DNA of 64,000 nt, from the NCBI GenBank assembly GCA_965246885.1, contig OZ251992.1, positions 608,001 to 672,000 on the forward strand, read 5' to 3'. A program made the position numbers and the translations under genes. The DNA is from Abditibacterium sp. GTDB lineage: Bacteria > Armatimonadota > Abditibacteriia > Abditibacteriales > Abditibacteriaceae. Position 1 is the stretch's first letter. Each line of letters opens with the position of its first letter. Shown in pieces: positions 54,677 to 64,000 of this stretch. Under the pieces are notes generated by a model. That model was not told the DNA's origin. It saw only the letters and a list, made by a program, of their open reading frames with translations, and did no database searches.

Positions 54677-54934
54677 ATGATCGAGAACTTTGGCGACCTG
54701 CCGCCCGAAGAACGGGCGCGCTTGGTGGTGGAGGAGCGGCGGGGCATCGAGCGGAGCAACGAAAGGATGCACGTTCAGGCTGAGGGAATGCGCGCGCAAA
54801 ATGAACAGCTGCGGCGGTTGCTCGAAGAGCGGCGAACGGTGCTGGCGCGCTTGCGCGAAGTGGCGGCGGGGTTGTTAGCCGAAGATGAGCGCATCGGGCG
54901 CGAAGTGGCGCGGGTGCTAACTAAGACACCATGA
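54677..54934 (+). CDS. Small coiled-coil protein (partner of HNH gene 1)
   Basis: Heptad-rich 85 aa; stop overlaps the HNH start (ATGA). Confidence 0.75.
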   Translation: MIENFGDLPPEERARLVVEERRGIERSNERMHVQAEGMRAQNEQLRRLLEERRTVLARLREVAAGLLAEDERIGREVARVLTKTP

Positions 54935-55401
54935 CCCACGAAGAGCGTGAGCAGACGCGCGCCCGGTTTAGTTTCGCGTGCGGTTACTGCGGCGTGAGCC
55001 AAACCCTAAGCGGGGCCGCCCTCACGTTTGATCATTTTCAGCCCAATTCACGCGGCGGAGCTAACGAAGAAGCTAACTGGGTCGCGTGTTGCCACGCTTG
55101 CAACGAGTTCAAAGGCGCATATTGGCCCGCAACGCCAGAACAACATCCCTTGCTTCATCCAGAGCGTGACGTTTGGGGTGAACACCTGCACGAAGGCGGT
55201 TTGGGAGAACTGGAAGGCGCCACACCTCGCGGAGTCTTTCACATCGCGCGCCTTCACCTCAATCGGCCAGAGCTAATCGCGCATCGCCTTTTTCTCCGGG
55301 AAGTCGCGCGCGAGCAAGCCGAGCGGCAAGCGATCTTCGAGGAACTACGCGCGGTAGCGGAAGAAGTAAACCGACTACGCCTCCAAATCGAGGGGACATA
55401 A
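54931..55401 (+). CDS. HNH endonuclease 1
   Basis: CGYCG, FDHFQP.SRGG, NWVACCHACNEFKG, LLHP, LHLNRP. Confidence 0.9.
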   Translation: MTHEEREQTRARFSFACGYCGVSQTLSGAALTFDHFQPNSRGGANEEANWVACCHACNEFKGAYWPATPEQHPLLHPERDVWGEHLHEGGLGELEGATPRGVFHIARLHLNRPELIAHRLFLREVAREQAERQAIFEELRAVAEEVNRLRLQIEGT

Positions 55402-55402
55402 C

Positions 55403-55577
55403 AAGCCCCGCGTGCATCGCACGCGGGGCTGTAGTGTAACCGGGGCCGGGCTTAATACATGCCGCCCATGCCACCCATATCGCCGCCACCGCCGCCCATC
55501 GGGGCGGGGTTCTTTATCAAGCTCGCAATCGAAGCGGCGTTTTGCGGCGCCGAGCGCGTCACTTTCACGGGGCCAAC
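55403..55577 (-). pseudogene. Decayed duplicate of the groEL 3' end and its terminator (att-like direct repeat)
   Basis: Matches 56952-57166 with a 36-nt in-frame deletion; encodes [38 protein letters not shown]. Confidence 0.92.
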
Positions 55578-55604
55578 AATGTTGGCACGACTTAAACTAA
55601 AGGT

Positions 55605-55829
55605 ATGGAACAAGTTCACATAACCATCGAAGAACAGGACGCGCGCTTGGAAGAGGCGACAAAGCAACTCGACGCTCAAATCGAGGCAAAACGTGAGCGG
55701 GTGCGGCAGTTGGAAGAACTTGTGGCGGCTCAACGCGACTTCCAGCGCGAGTTGGAACAAACCCTCGCCCACTTGCGCGGAAAGAACCAGATGCTACGCC
55801 AAAAGAAGGATTCTCTCTTGGCTCGATGA
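55605..55829 (+). CDS. Small coiled-coil protein (partner of HNH gene 2)
   Basis: Heptad-rich 74 aa; ATGA overlap with the HNH gene. Confidence 0.75.
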   Translation: MEQVHITIEEQDARLEEATKQLDAQIEAKRERVRQLEELVAAQRDFQRELEQTLAHLRGKNQMLRQKKDSLLAR

Positions 55830-56293
55830 CCACACACGAACAAGACGAACTGCGGGCGCAATTCGATTTTCGATGCGGCTACTGCGGCGTGAGTGAAGTA
55901 TTTGCTGGCGCGGTTTTGCACTGCGATCACTTCCACCCGACTTCGCGCGGTGGGCCGGATGACGCAAGCAACTGGGTGTATGGTTGCGTGGCTTGCAATG
56001 GGTTTAAAGGTGCCTACTGGCCACGCAACGCGACCGGGTTATCGCTTTTGCACCCATTCCGCGATGACTTGTCGCTTCACATCCGCGAAGAGAACGGAAC
56101 GTTCGTCGGTCTTTCGCCGCGCGGCCACTTCCACATTGAATTGTTGCACCTCAACCGCGCACCTCTTGTGCGGCATCGCCAAAAACTGGTCGATGACCGC
56201 AAAGTGGAGGAGCGCATCCGGGAACTCAAACTTCAAGTCGAAGCGGGCAGCGAAATCATCGCGCGTTTGTTGGAGCAGATGGACGAGTTGTGA
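55826..56293 (+). CDS. HNH endonuclease 2 (paralog of HNH 1)
   Basis: CGYCG, CDHFHP.SRGG, NWVYGCVACNGFKG, LLHP, LHLNRA. Confidence 0.9.
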   Translation: MTTHEQDELRAQFDFRCGYCGVSEVFAGAVLHCDHFHPTSRGGPDDASNWVYGCVACNGFKGAYWPRNATGLSLLHPFRDDLSLHIREENGTFVGLSPRGHFHIELLHLNRAPLVRHRQKLVDDRKVEERIRELKLQVEAGSEIIARLLEQMDEL

Positions 56294-56324
56294 ACCGGAC
56301 TCTCATTAAGGAAGAAACAAACTG

Positions 56325-56927
56325 ATGCCTCACCCACGATTCGGCGTTGAGTTCGCCTTGACTGATGTGACTTGGTTCGCTCCTAACGCGCCCAAACCCC
56401 GGTTCGGAATTGACTACGCCAGCCAAGATCAAGAGGTTCGCGTCGGGGACGAAATTTGGATTTATTTGGCCAGTTACTCTCCTGCGCTCGCCCAATTCTT
56501 GAGCCTGCCTTTTTGGGCGCTGTTTGAGCATTGGACGACCCACATCAACGGCTTCAGCGATGCACCGGAGAACTTGGATAGAATGCGATTGGTTTTGTGC
56601 AAGCCGATTCCCGAATCGTCCGGCGACGAGCAGAAAAACCTCTTTTCGGTTCGTTGTTTGGAAGTTTTGGCGATTGACGAGATTCCCGCTCGCTTTGCTT
56701 TCAACGAGGAGCCACTCATTTTGGATTTGACGAGTCCACACGACCGAGTCAGCCAAATCTTCAAGTGCCCACAATTCACAATCTATGCTGGTGGTCAGGA
56801 AGGAATTGTTTGGTATTGGATAGTTACGAATCAAGAGCCACATCTGTTGGTAACCTATGGCTTCTTTCTCGAGCGCCACGACAAATGGGAAATTTGCAAT
56901 CGCCCTTTCATCTTGAAAAACGGCTAA
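56325..56927 (+). CDS. Hypothetical protein, visibly lower GC
   Basis: 200-aa ORF with AAGGA RBS; no family recognised. Confidence 0.6.
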   Translation: MPHPRFGVEFALTDVTWFAPNAPKPRFGIDYASQDQEVRVGDEIWIYLASYSPALAQFLSLPFWALFEHWTTHINGFSDAPENLDRMRLVLCKPIPESSGDEQKNLFSVRCLEVLAIDEIPARFAFNEEPLILDLTSPHDRVSQIFKCPQFTIYAGGQEGIVWYWIVTNQEPHLLVTYGFFLERHDKWEICNRPFILKNG

Positions 56928-56949
56928 TCTTGGGTTAACCAGCCAAACG

Positions 56950-56978
56950 AAAAGCCCCGCGTGTTACGCACGCGGGGC
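56950..56978 (-). terminator. groEL Rho-independent terminator
   Basis: gccccgcgtg-ttacg-cacgcggggc stem with T-run on the minus strand. Confidence 0.8.
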
Positions 56979-57004
56979 CTAAGTTTAACCGGCGGGCCGG
57001 GCGC

Positions 57005-58734
<1,730 letters not shown>

Positions 58735-58736
58735 GG

Positions 58737-59030
58737 TTAGGCTTCTTTGACTGCGAGGATGCTCGATTCGTCCAGAATCAGGTACTCGGTGCCGTCCACT
58801 TTGACTTCGGTGCCGCCATACTTAGAGTAAATGACGAGGTCGCCGACTTTGACGTCGAGTTCGACTTTCTGGCCGGAGTCGAGCGTGCGGCCCGTTCCGA
58901 CGGCGATGACGGTGCCCTCTTGCGGGCGCTCTTTGGCAGAGTCGGGAAGCGCGATGCCCCCGGCGGTCATTTCGCCCGATTTGCTGGGCTGGACGAGAAC
59001 TTTGTCGCCCAATGGTTTGATGTTGGCCAT
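58737..59030 (-). CDS. groS: Co-chaperonin GroES
   Basis: [38 protein letters not shown]. Confidence 0.99.
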   Translation of the reverse strand: MANIKPLGDKVLVQPSKSGEMTAGGIALPDSAKERPQEGTVIAVGTGRTLDSGQKVELDVKVGDLVIYSKYGGTEVKVDGTEYLILDESSILAVKEA

Positions 59031-59064
59031 TTTCGGTTGGTTTGTGCTCCTGCGAAAAGGGTTG

Positions 59065-59091
59065 TTAGCACTCCCCTTTCGAGAGTGCTAA
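59065..59091. promoter_or_regulatory. CIRCE element (HrcA operator)
   Basis: Exact TTAGCACTC-N9-GAGTGCTAA upstream of groES. Confidence 0.97.
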
Positions 59092-59104
59092 TCCCAAAGA
59101 AGAG

Positions 59105-59133
59105 ATTGTAAGCGTCTGGTTCCCCCGGCGCAA
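59105..59133 (-). promoter_or_regulatory. sigma70-type groESL promoter
   Basis: Minus strand TTGCGC-N17-TACAAT just upstream of CIRCE. Confidence 0.7.
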
Positions 59134-59216
59134 GGCATCCGGCGGAAAAATCCAAAATAAAGTTGGCAGCAACCGCTTTCGGTTTGGGGTAAAATGGTGG
59201 CGGGAGAAGAAACACA

Positions 59217-59987
59217 ATGCAACCACCACAAAGCCCGTTCAACCAACCCAACTACGGCCAAGGCGCGCCCTACGGCGCTCCGGCTCCCCAAACCCCACGC
59301 GGCACGGTTTCGCTTGACGTCATCGGCGAAGCGTGGAAATTAGTTTCGGCCAACATGGGCACTTGGATCGCGGCGACGGCCATTTATCTGGTCGTCGGGC
59401 TAATCTTCAACGGTCTGGAACGTGCCACGCAAACGCATGGGCCAAGCGGTCTGCCGCAAAACACACCGTTTTCCTTCCTCATTTTGGGCTTCAGCATATT
59501 CATCACCCAGTTCTTAGTGGGCGGCTTGATGCGCATGGCGCTCACGACGGTCAAGGGCGGCAAAGCCGAAATCTCAGAAATGTTCACCGCCGGAGACGTG
59601 CTGATGTCGCTGGTCATTGCGGCCATTATCACCGGCATTGCCATCGGCGTCGGCATCGTGCTGTGCATCATCCCCGGCCTCATCGTGGCGTCGGGATTGG
59701 CTTTGGTGACGCCCATCATTGTGGACAAGCGCCAAGGCGCAATTGCGGCGCTGGGCGAATCGTGGGGCGCGATGACACCCAATTTGATGATGGGGATTAT
59801 CTTGGGCATCGTGCTTCTACTCATCATTTTTGTCAGCGCCCTGCCGTGTGGTTTGGGGTTGTTAGTCACCATCCCGTTGGCGCAGGTTTCCATTGCTCTG
59901 GTTTACCGCGACCTATTCGGCATCGGCACCGGTGCGCCGCAACAAACGGGTTACACCCCGCCGCCCATCGCCAACCCGAACTTCTAA
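59217..59987 (+). CDS. Integral membrane protein (DUF975/BPSS1780-like)
   Basis: Pro/Gln-rich ends, IGEAWKL, LCIIPG, AIAALGESW, CGLGLLVTIP. Confidence 0.75.
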   Translation: MQPPQSPFNQPNYGQGAPYGAPAPQTPRGTVSLDVIGEAWKLVSANMGTWIAATAIYLVVGLIFNGLERATQTHGPSGLPQNTPFSFLILGFSIFITQFLVGGLMRMALTTVKGGKAEISEMFTAGDVLMSLVIAAIITGIAIGVGIVLCIIPGLIVASGLALVTPIIVDKRQGAIAALGESWGAMTPNLMMGIILGIVLLLIIFVSALPCGLGLLVTIPLAQVSIALVYRDLFGIGTGAPQQTGYTPPPIANPNF

Positions 59988-60012
59988 TCGGGCGGCAACG
60001 CGCCCGCCGCCA

Positions 60013-60178
60013 TCCCCCACGCGACGGCGGGAGGAAATCACGGCGCGCGGGGAGGTATTATTCCCGTGCGGGGAGGAATTTACGGCGTGCGGGGAGGTAA
60101 TCATGGGACGCGGGGAGGTATTCTTCCCATGATTTCCTCCCCACACGGGATTATTTCCTCCCCGCGTCGCGTGGGGGA
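60013..60178. repeat. 21-bp-period GGGAGG repeat array with inverted units and terminal inverted repeats
   Basis: Five direct units of cggggaggwa..., two inverted atttcctcccc units, ends tcccccacgcgacg / cgtcgcgtggggga. Confidence 0.85.
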
Positions 60179-60279
60179 CGTCTGTCGCGGGAGCGGGGGA
60201 CGGTGTAGAACAGGTTCGAGGAAAATGGCTTAGTCGGCGGGTGCTTCGGGAAGTGGCGCCTTCTCATGGGTTCCCGCTG

Positions 60280-61116
60280 TTAGGGCGTCTTGTCGGAAGC
60301 GTGCACTTGGCTTTGTAGCGAGAGAAACGCTTGACGTTGCAAGGCTTGGAACCAGACCTGCGCGACTTTATCGGCGCCCGACTGCAAAAAATGGGTCTTG
60401 TCGTTGGGGTCTATGTCGCTTGGCGAAAGCGCCGCGAACACATCGGCCAGCGCCACGCGTTCGCCTTTTCGGGAGTGGGCGGCCACCATGAGGCGCACGC
60501 TTGCGTTGAAGGCTTCGACGGGCGCGGCGTCGGGGATGTTCTTGAAATAGCCCGGCGGGATGATGGGCGGAATGGTCGCCACGATGAGCGGCATCTTCGG
60601 GTAAGCCGTTGTAATCTGGCCAATCAGGGCGTCGAGTTGTTTGCTTCCTGCGGGGCCGTCGCTTTGATTCATGACGTTGGTGCCGATCATCAGCAGCATG
60701 ACATCGGGCCGGTAGGTTTTGAGGTCGGCCATCGCAACGGGAGCGATGCGGACAACGTTGTAGCCGGAGTAACCCGAATGTTGCGGGTTAGTCATGCCGT
60801 CGGAATTGTCGTTGCGCGAGCCAACGAACTCGAAGGAACAACCGGCGTCTTTGAGGAGCTTTTGCAACGGGGAGCGGTAGCCGCCAGTAACGTTGAAACC
60901 CGCCGTGAGGGAATCGCCGACGGGCAAGATTTTGAGCGGCCTGTCGGGGGTGTTCTCCGTATTCTTCGGGGGGACGTCGCGCCGTTGGCTGCCTGCGGGG
61001 GCTTCAAGAAAGGGTTTGGCCACAAGCGGAGCGGCCTCGCAGCCGCGCGCGCCCAAGGACAGGAACACGGCGCACAACACGGGCAGAGGACGAGGGCGAG
61101 CGGTAGGGGTCATCAT
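60280..61116 (-). CDS. SGNH/GDSL hydrolase (carbohydrate esterase CE3-like), exported
   Basis: PVGDSLT, GGYR, FVGS, HSGYSG, MIGTN, DKTH. Confidence 0.88.
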   Translation of the reverse strand: MMTPTARPRPLPVLCAVFLSLGARGCEAAPLVAKPFLEAPAGSQRRDVPPKNTENTPDRPLKILPVGDSLTAGFNVTGGYRSPLQKLLKDAGCSFEFVGSRNDNSDGMTNPQHSGYSGYNVVRIAPVAMADLKTYRPDVMLLMIGTNVMNQSDGPAGSKQLDALIGQITTAYPKMPLIVATIPPIIPPGYFKNIPDAAPVEAFNASVRLMVAAHSRKGERVALADVFAALSPSDIDPNDKTHFLQSGADKVAQVWFQALQRQAFLSLQSQVHASDKTP

Positions 61117-61194
61117 AAAGGGTGGGAGGTGGGTTAAACCAACGGCGGGGCGGCCCAAGTCGGATTGGAGCCGCCCCGCCGCTGCGTCACGCCG

Positions 61195-62010
61195 TTAGGG
61201 AGTCGAGATGTTGAAGGTGGCGTTGCCGCCCGATGCAGCGAACGACGACATGCCGCTATAAACCTTGGCCGGATGAGTCGCGTCGGCGCCTTTGAGCCAC
61301 TTGACATGCCCATCGGTGAAAGCGTAGTTGGAGCCTTCGAGGTGGCGATTGGCAACGCCGTGAGTGCCGTAAACGGCCAAGGCATTTTCCCCTGCCGTGC
61401 CGCAAGCACTCAACGCATTGAGACCGGCCCAAGACCCCGCGCCGTTGCTGCAACCGCCTTCCCAGTCGGAAGCCGAGTCAGCAAGGGGATTTTTGCCACC
61501 ATCCAACAGCATCACGGTCAAGGAGGTGTTGGTAAGCGAAGCCACGCTAATGCCCGCCGCGTTCACGTCGCTGCCCGGAATGGACAGATTGATGTTGTAA
61601 GCGTAGTCGGAGTATCCCATCCCCGCCGGGTCGCTGGGGGTGGCAGGGGGCGGCGTGGTGTCGCTGGGGCACTGCAGAATTTGCACGCTTTTGATGTAGG
61701 GCTGCATGCGGCTCCCCCAACCCTTCAAGTTGTCGCTGGCCGAGCCGCCCCAGATGGGATATTTCTCGTCGTAGTCCTGAATGTATTGGGCGAAACCTAA
61801 CCCCAACTGCTTGAGATTGGATTGGCAAGAAGCGCGGCGCGCATTTTCGCGGGCACGAGCAAAAGCGGGAAAGAGAATCGCCGCGAGGATTGCTATGATG
61901 GCAATCACTACGAGTAATTCTATAAGAGTGAACGCGTTCCTCTTAGTGGGGTTGTGCCCAGTGGCATGGTGTGCGGTGCGTTGGGTGCGCATGGTAAAGA
62001 TGGTGTTCAT
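61195..62010 (-). CDS. Prepilin-type DUF1559/H-X9-DG protein
   Basis: [51 protein letters not shown]. Start approximate. Confidence 0.93.
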   Translation of the reverse strand: MNTIFTMRTQRTAHHATGHNPTKRNAFTLIELLVVIAIIAILAAILFPAFARARENARRASCQSNLKQLGLGFAQYIQDYDEKYPIWGGSASDNLKGWGSRMQPYIKSVQILQCPSDTTPPPATPSDPAGMGYSDYAYNINLSIPGSDVNAAGISVASLTNTSLTVMLLDGGKNPLADSASDWEGGCSNGAGSWAGLNALSACGTAGENALAVYGTHGVANRHLEGSNYAFTDGHVKWLKGADATHPAKVYSGMSSFAASGGNATFNISTP

Positions 62011-62124
62011 AGGATATGGTTCCAAGGAAAATGGCGTAATGGAACGCCGAATATAAACACGAAGAGCGAGTTGAGTGTCTCCTCGGTGTTGTTTTCTAAA
62101 CTGTCCGTGTAGATTCAGCGCAAG

Positions 62125-63528
62125 TCAAGGGGCGCTTGAATGGGCGCTGGCTTGGCCAGCGAAGTAGTTGAAGCGGCTCGATGCGTCGGTCGCCGAAATC
62201 TCGTGTTCCCCGGTTTTGTCGAAGACGATGTTTTTGCCGCGTTTGAGGACAAAGCGTTGGCTTCCGGGCGCAAAGGGCATCTCAACGTCTTGGACGCCCG
62301 CCGCTAAAGCGAAGGTTTTTTGCTGGTCGCCGCTTGAAATGGTCAGTTGCGCCGGAGCTTTGAGGAACAGCGAAACGAACACGCTCTCGTGCAGGGCATC
62401 CGCGTTGGCGGGGCGGCCCAGCGTTGCGTCGCCCGAAGGCTGAACCAGCGCTTGCAACGCTTTGGGATGCAGGCGGTAGAAGTAGAACAGCTTGTCTTTG
62501 GTGATGGCCGGACGCTTGCCGGTTTTGAACCAGTCGATGTAGTAGCGGCTCGCGTCCAAATAGGCCGTATGGGACAGCATTTTTTGGCCCCAATGTCCGC
62601 CCCACAATTTTGTTTCGGCGGGCGCGCCAAAGGGCGCAAGGTAGCTGGACTCTGCCCAATCGTTCCAAGTGACGAACTCGACCCACGTGGCGTTGTTGTC
62701 GATGGCGCTTTTCCACTCCTGCTCCAGCGCACTCATGCCCATCGTTTCAAAAAGGCGGTAGTTACTCCCGCCCGCCCGATAATAGGGAGTCAGGGGCGCC
62801 ATGTAAATCTTGCCCGCGCCAACCCATTTCTGGGCTAAGAGCGAACTGGAAGCGGCGATTTGATCTCCTCCCCCTGCTGCGCCAAAGTAGAAGTAGCCGT
62901 CGAGGGTGGGGTAATTGTTGAAGACTTCGTCGACTTGGCTTTGTCCGGGAAGTTCTGTGATGTCGGGTCGCGGATAGTAGTACGGCACGAACACGATTTT
63001 GCGATTCGCTCCGGTGCCAAAGGTTTGGTCGATGAAGTTCGTCAGATCGCTGCCCTCGCCAGCAAAGGTGGACAGCACGGGTTTGCCATTCACACGGAGC
63101 TGGTTGGGATGATCGCGAAAGGTATCCACCATGTCGCGCGTTTCGTCCGACGTCAAACCGCAGCAATAGTCAGCGGAAATGAAGAGCTTGAAGCCAGTGT
63201 TCAACTGGCGGGCCGCCTCATACATTTGAAGCGAGCGCTGTTTGTAGAATGGCTCGTTGTGCGTCCATCCGCCCGCGTTCAAAGCGAAGCCGTCAATGCC
63301 TCGGATTTGGGCTTCCCGGATTTCGTTCTTGTAGTCGGCGACCGTTGCGCCACTATCGGCGGTGGGACAGCACACCATGTAGTGCGCGAACACCATCTTG
63401 GGAACAGGTCGGGAGGAGGGTGCTGGAGCACAGAAAACGGCGGAAGCGGTGAAGGCGCCCCCCACAACCAAGCTCAGAACTGCGGCGAAGAGAATTTTAG
63501 GCAAGTGAAAGATACGGGTGTTACTCAT
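62125..63528 (-). CDS. GH71 endo-alpha-1,3-glucanase-like secreted enzyme
   Basis: VFAHYMV, GIDGFALN, FKLFISAD, VLSTFAG, VTWNDWAESSY, FYFYRLHP. Confidence 0.85.
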   Translation of the reverse strand: MSNTRIFHLPKILFAAVLSLVVGGAFTASAVFCAPAPSSRPVPKMVFAHYMVCCPTADSGATVADYKNEIREAQIRGIDGFALNAGGWTHNEPFYKQRSLQMYEAARQLNTGFKLFISADYCCGLTSDETRDMVDTFRDHPNQLRVNGKPVLSTFAGEGSDLTNFIDQTFGTGANRKIVFVPYYYPRPDITELPGQSQVDEVFNNYPTLDGYFYFGAAGGGDQIAASSSLLAQKWVGAGKIYMAPLTPYYRAGGSNYRLFETMGMSALEQEWKSAIDNNATWVEFVTWNDWAESSYLAPFGAPAETKLWGGHWGQKMLSHTAYLDASRYYIDWFKTGKRPAITKDKLFYFYRLHPKALQALVQPSGDATLGRPANADALHESVFVSLFLKAPAQLTISSGDQQKTFALAAGVQDVEMPFAPGSQRFVLKRGKNIVFDKTGEHEISATDASSRFNYFAGQASAHSSAP

Positions 63529-63568
63529 AGTGGCGGGTTGTGGTGGTTACATTGAAGCTGGTGCGCGG

Positions 63569-64000
63569 TCAGCTGGTGCGCGGGAAGCCTTGGGAAAAAG
63601 CTCTGGTGGAATGACCGACTTGGAGTTCGGTCGGTATGATGCAAAGACTCTCTTCGTCGGCAGGGGATGTTTGGCACACGAACTCGATGGCGGCGCGCCC
63701 CATCTCGAAGCGGTTGAAGCGCGCCGAGCAAAGCGACAGGCCGGGCGCGAAAAGTTCGCTTCCCCCATCGAATCCGGTCACGCTCAGGTCGTCGGGAACG
63801 CGCAGGCCGTGTTCCCCGGCACGGCGGATAACGCCCAGTGCCGATTGATCGTTGAAGCATACGACCGCCGAGCAATCGGCGCCGCGTGCCCGCAGTTCGT
63901 CCCAACCCCGCGCGCCCGCGCGCGCCGAAGGAGCGCCGATGTCCGTCACCATGAGCTTGGGGTCGAGCGGCACACCCGCTTCCCGCATGGCCCCCTCGTA
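63569..64000 (-). CDS. LacI-type regulator, C-terminal sugar-binding part (5' end outside window)
   Basis: AVVCFNDQSALG, LRVPDDLSVTGFDG, MGRAA. Confidence 0.88.
   Translation of the reverse strand, partial: YEGAMREAGVPLDPKLMVTDIGAPSARAGARGWDELRARGADCSAVVCFNDQSALGVIRRAGEHGLRVPDDLSVTGFDGGSELFAPGLSLCSARFNRFEMGRAAIEFVCQTSPADEESLCIIPTELQVGHSTRAFSQGFPRTS

Noticed and set aside
55452..55772. 106-aa minus-strand ORF ending in a GroEL-like GGM tail as a real gene
   Set aside because: It is the groEL remnant read in frame with antisense sequence of the coiled-coil gene.

Overview
GC-rich bacterial chromosomal window, most consistent with Abditibacteriota/Armatimonadota (inferred from several prepilin/DUF1559/H-X9-DG proteins and lineage-style hypotheticals; not verified by search). 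Housekeeping genes include rpsF-ssb-rpsR, tatD, an IscA/ErpA-type carrier, nfo, purB, sodA, prmA-rsmE-nth, acs and groES-groEL with a perfect CIRCE. These are interspersed with two-component genes, two regulator + DUF1559 pseudopilin + secreted glycan-enzyme loci, two Flp pilins and a class A beta-lactamase. The best candidate for an undescribed system is a tightly coupled minus-strand six-gene operon (22777-30645): coiled-coil protein, ClpB-like AAA+ ATPase with a degenerate first module, NrdG-like radical SAM enzyme with no glycyl-radical partner, Zn-ribbon-FHA protein, large membrane Ser/Thr kinase, small membrane protein. Other notable signals are a decayed copy of the groEL 3' end plus terminator separating two tandem coiled-coil/HNH gene pairs (att-like scar), several unrelated long intergenic inverted repeats (REP/REPIN-like), a recurrent class of 21-bp-period arrays (one inserted in frame in prmA), and many probable leaderless genes. 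No tRNA, rRNA, CRISPR array, integrase or transposase was recognised.
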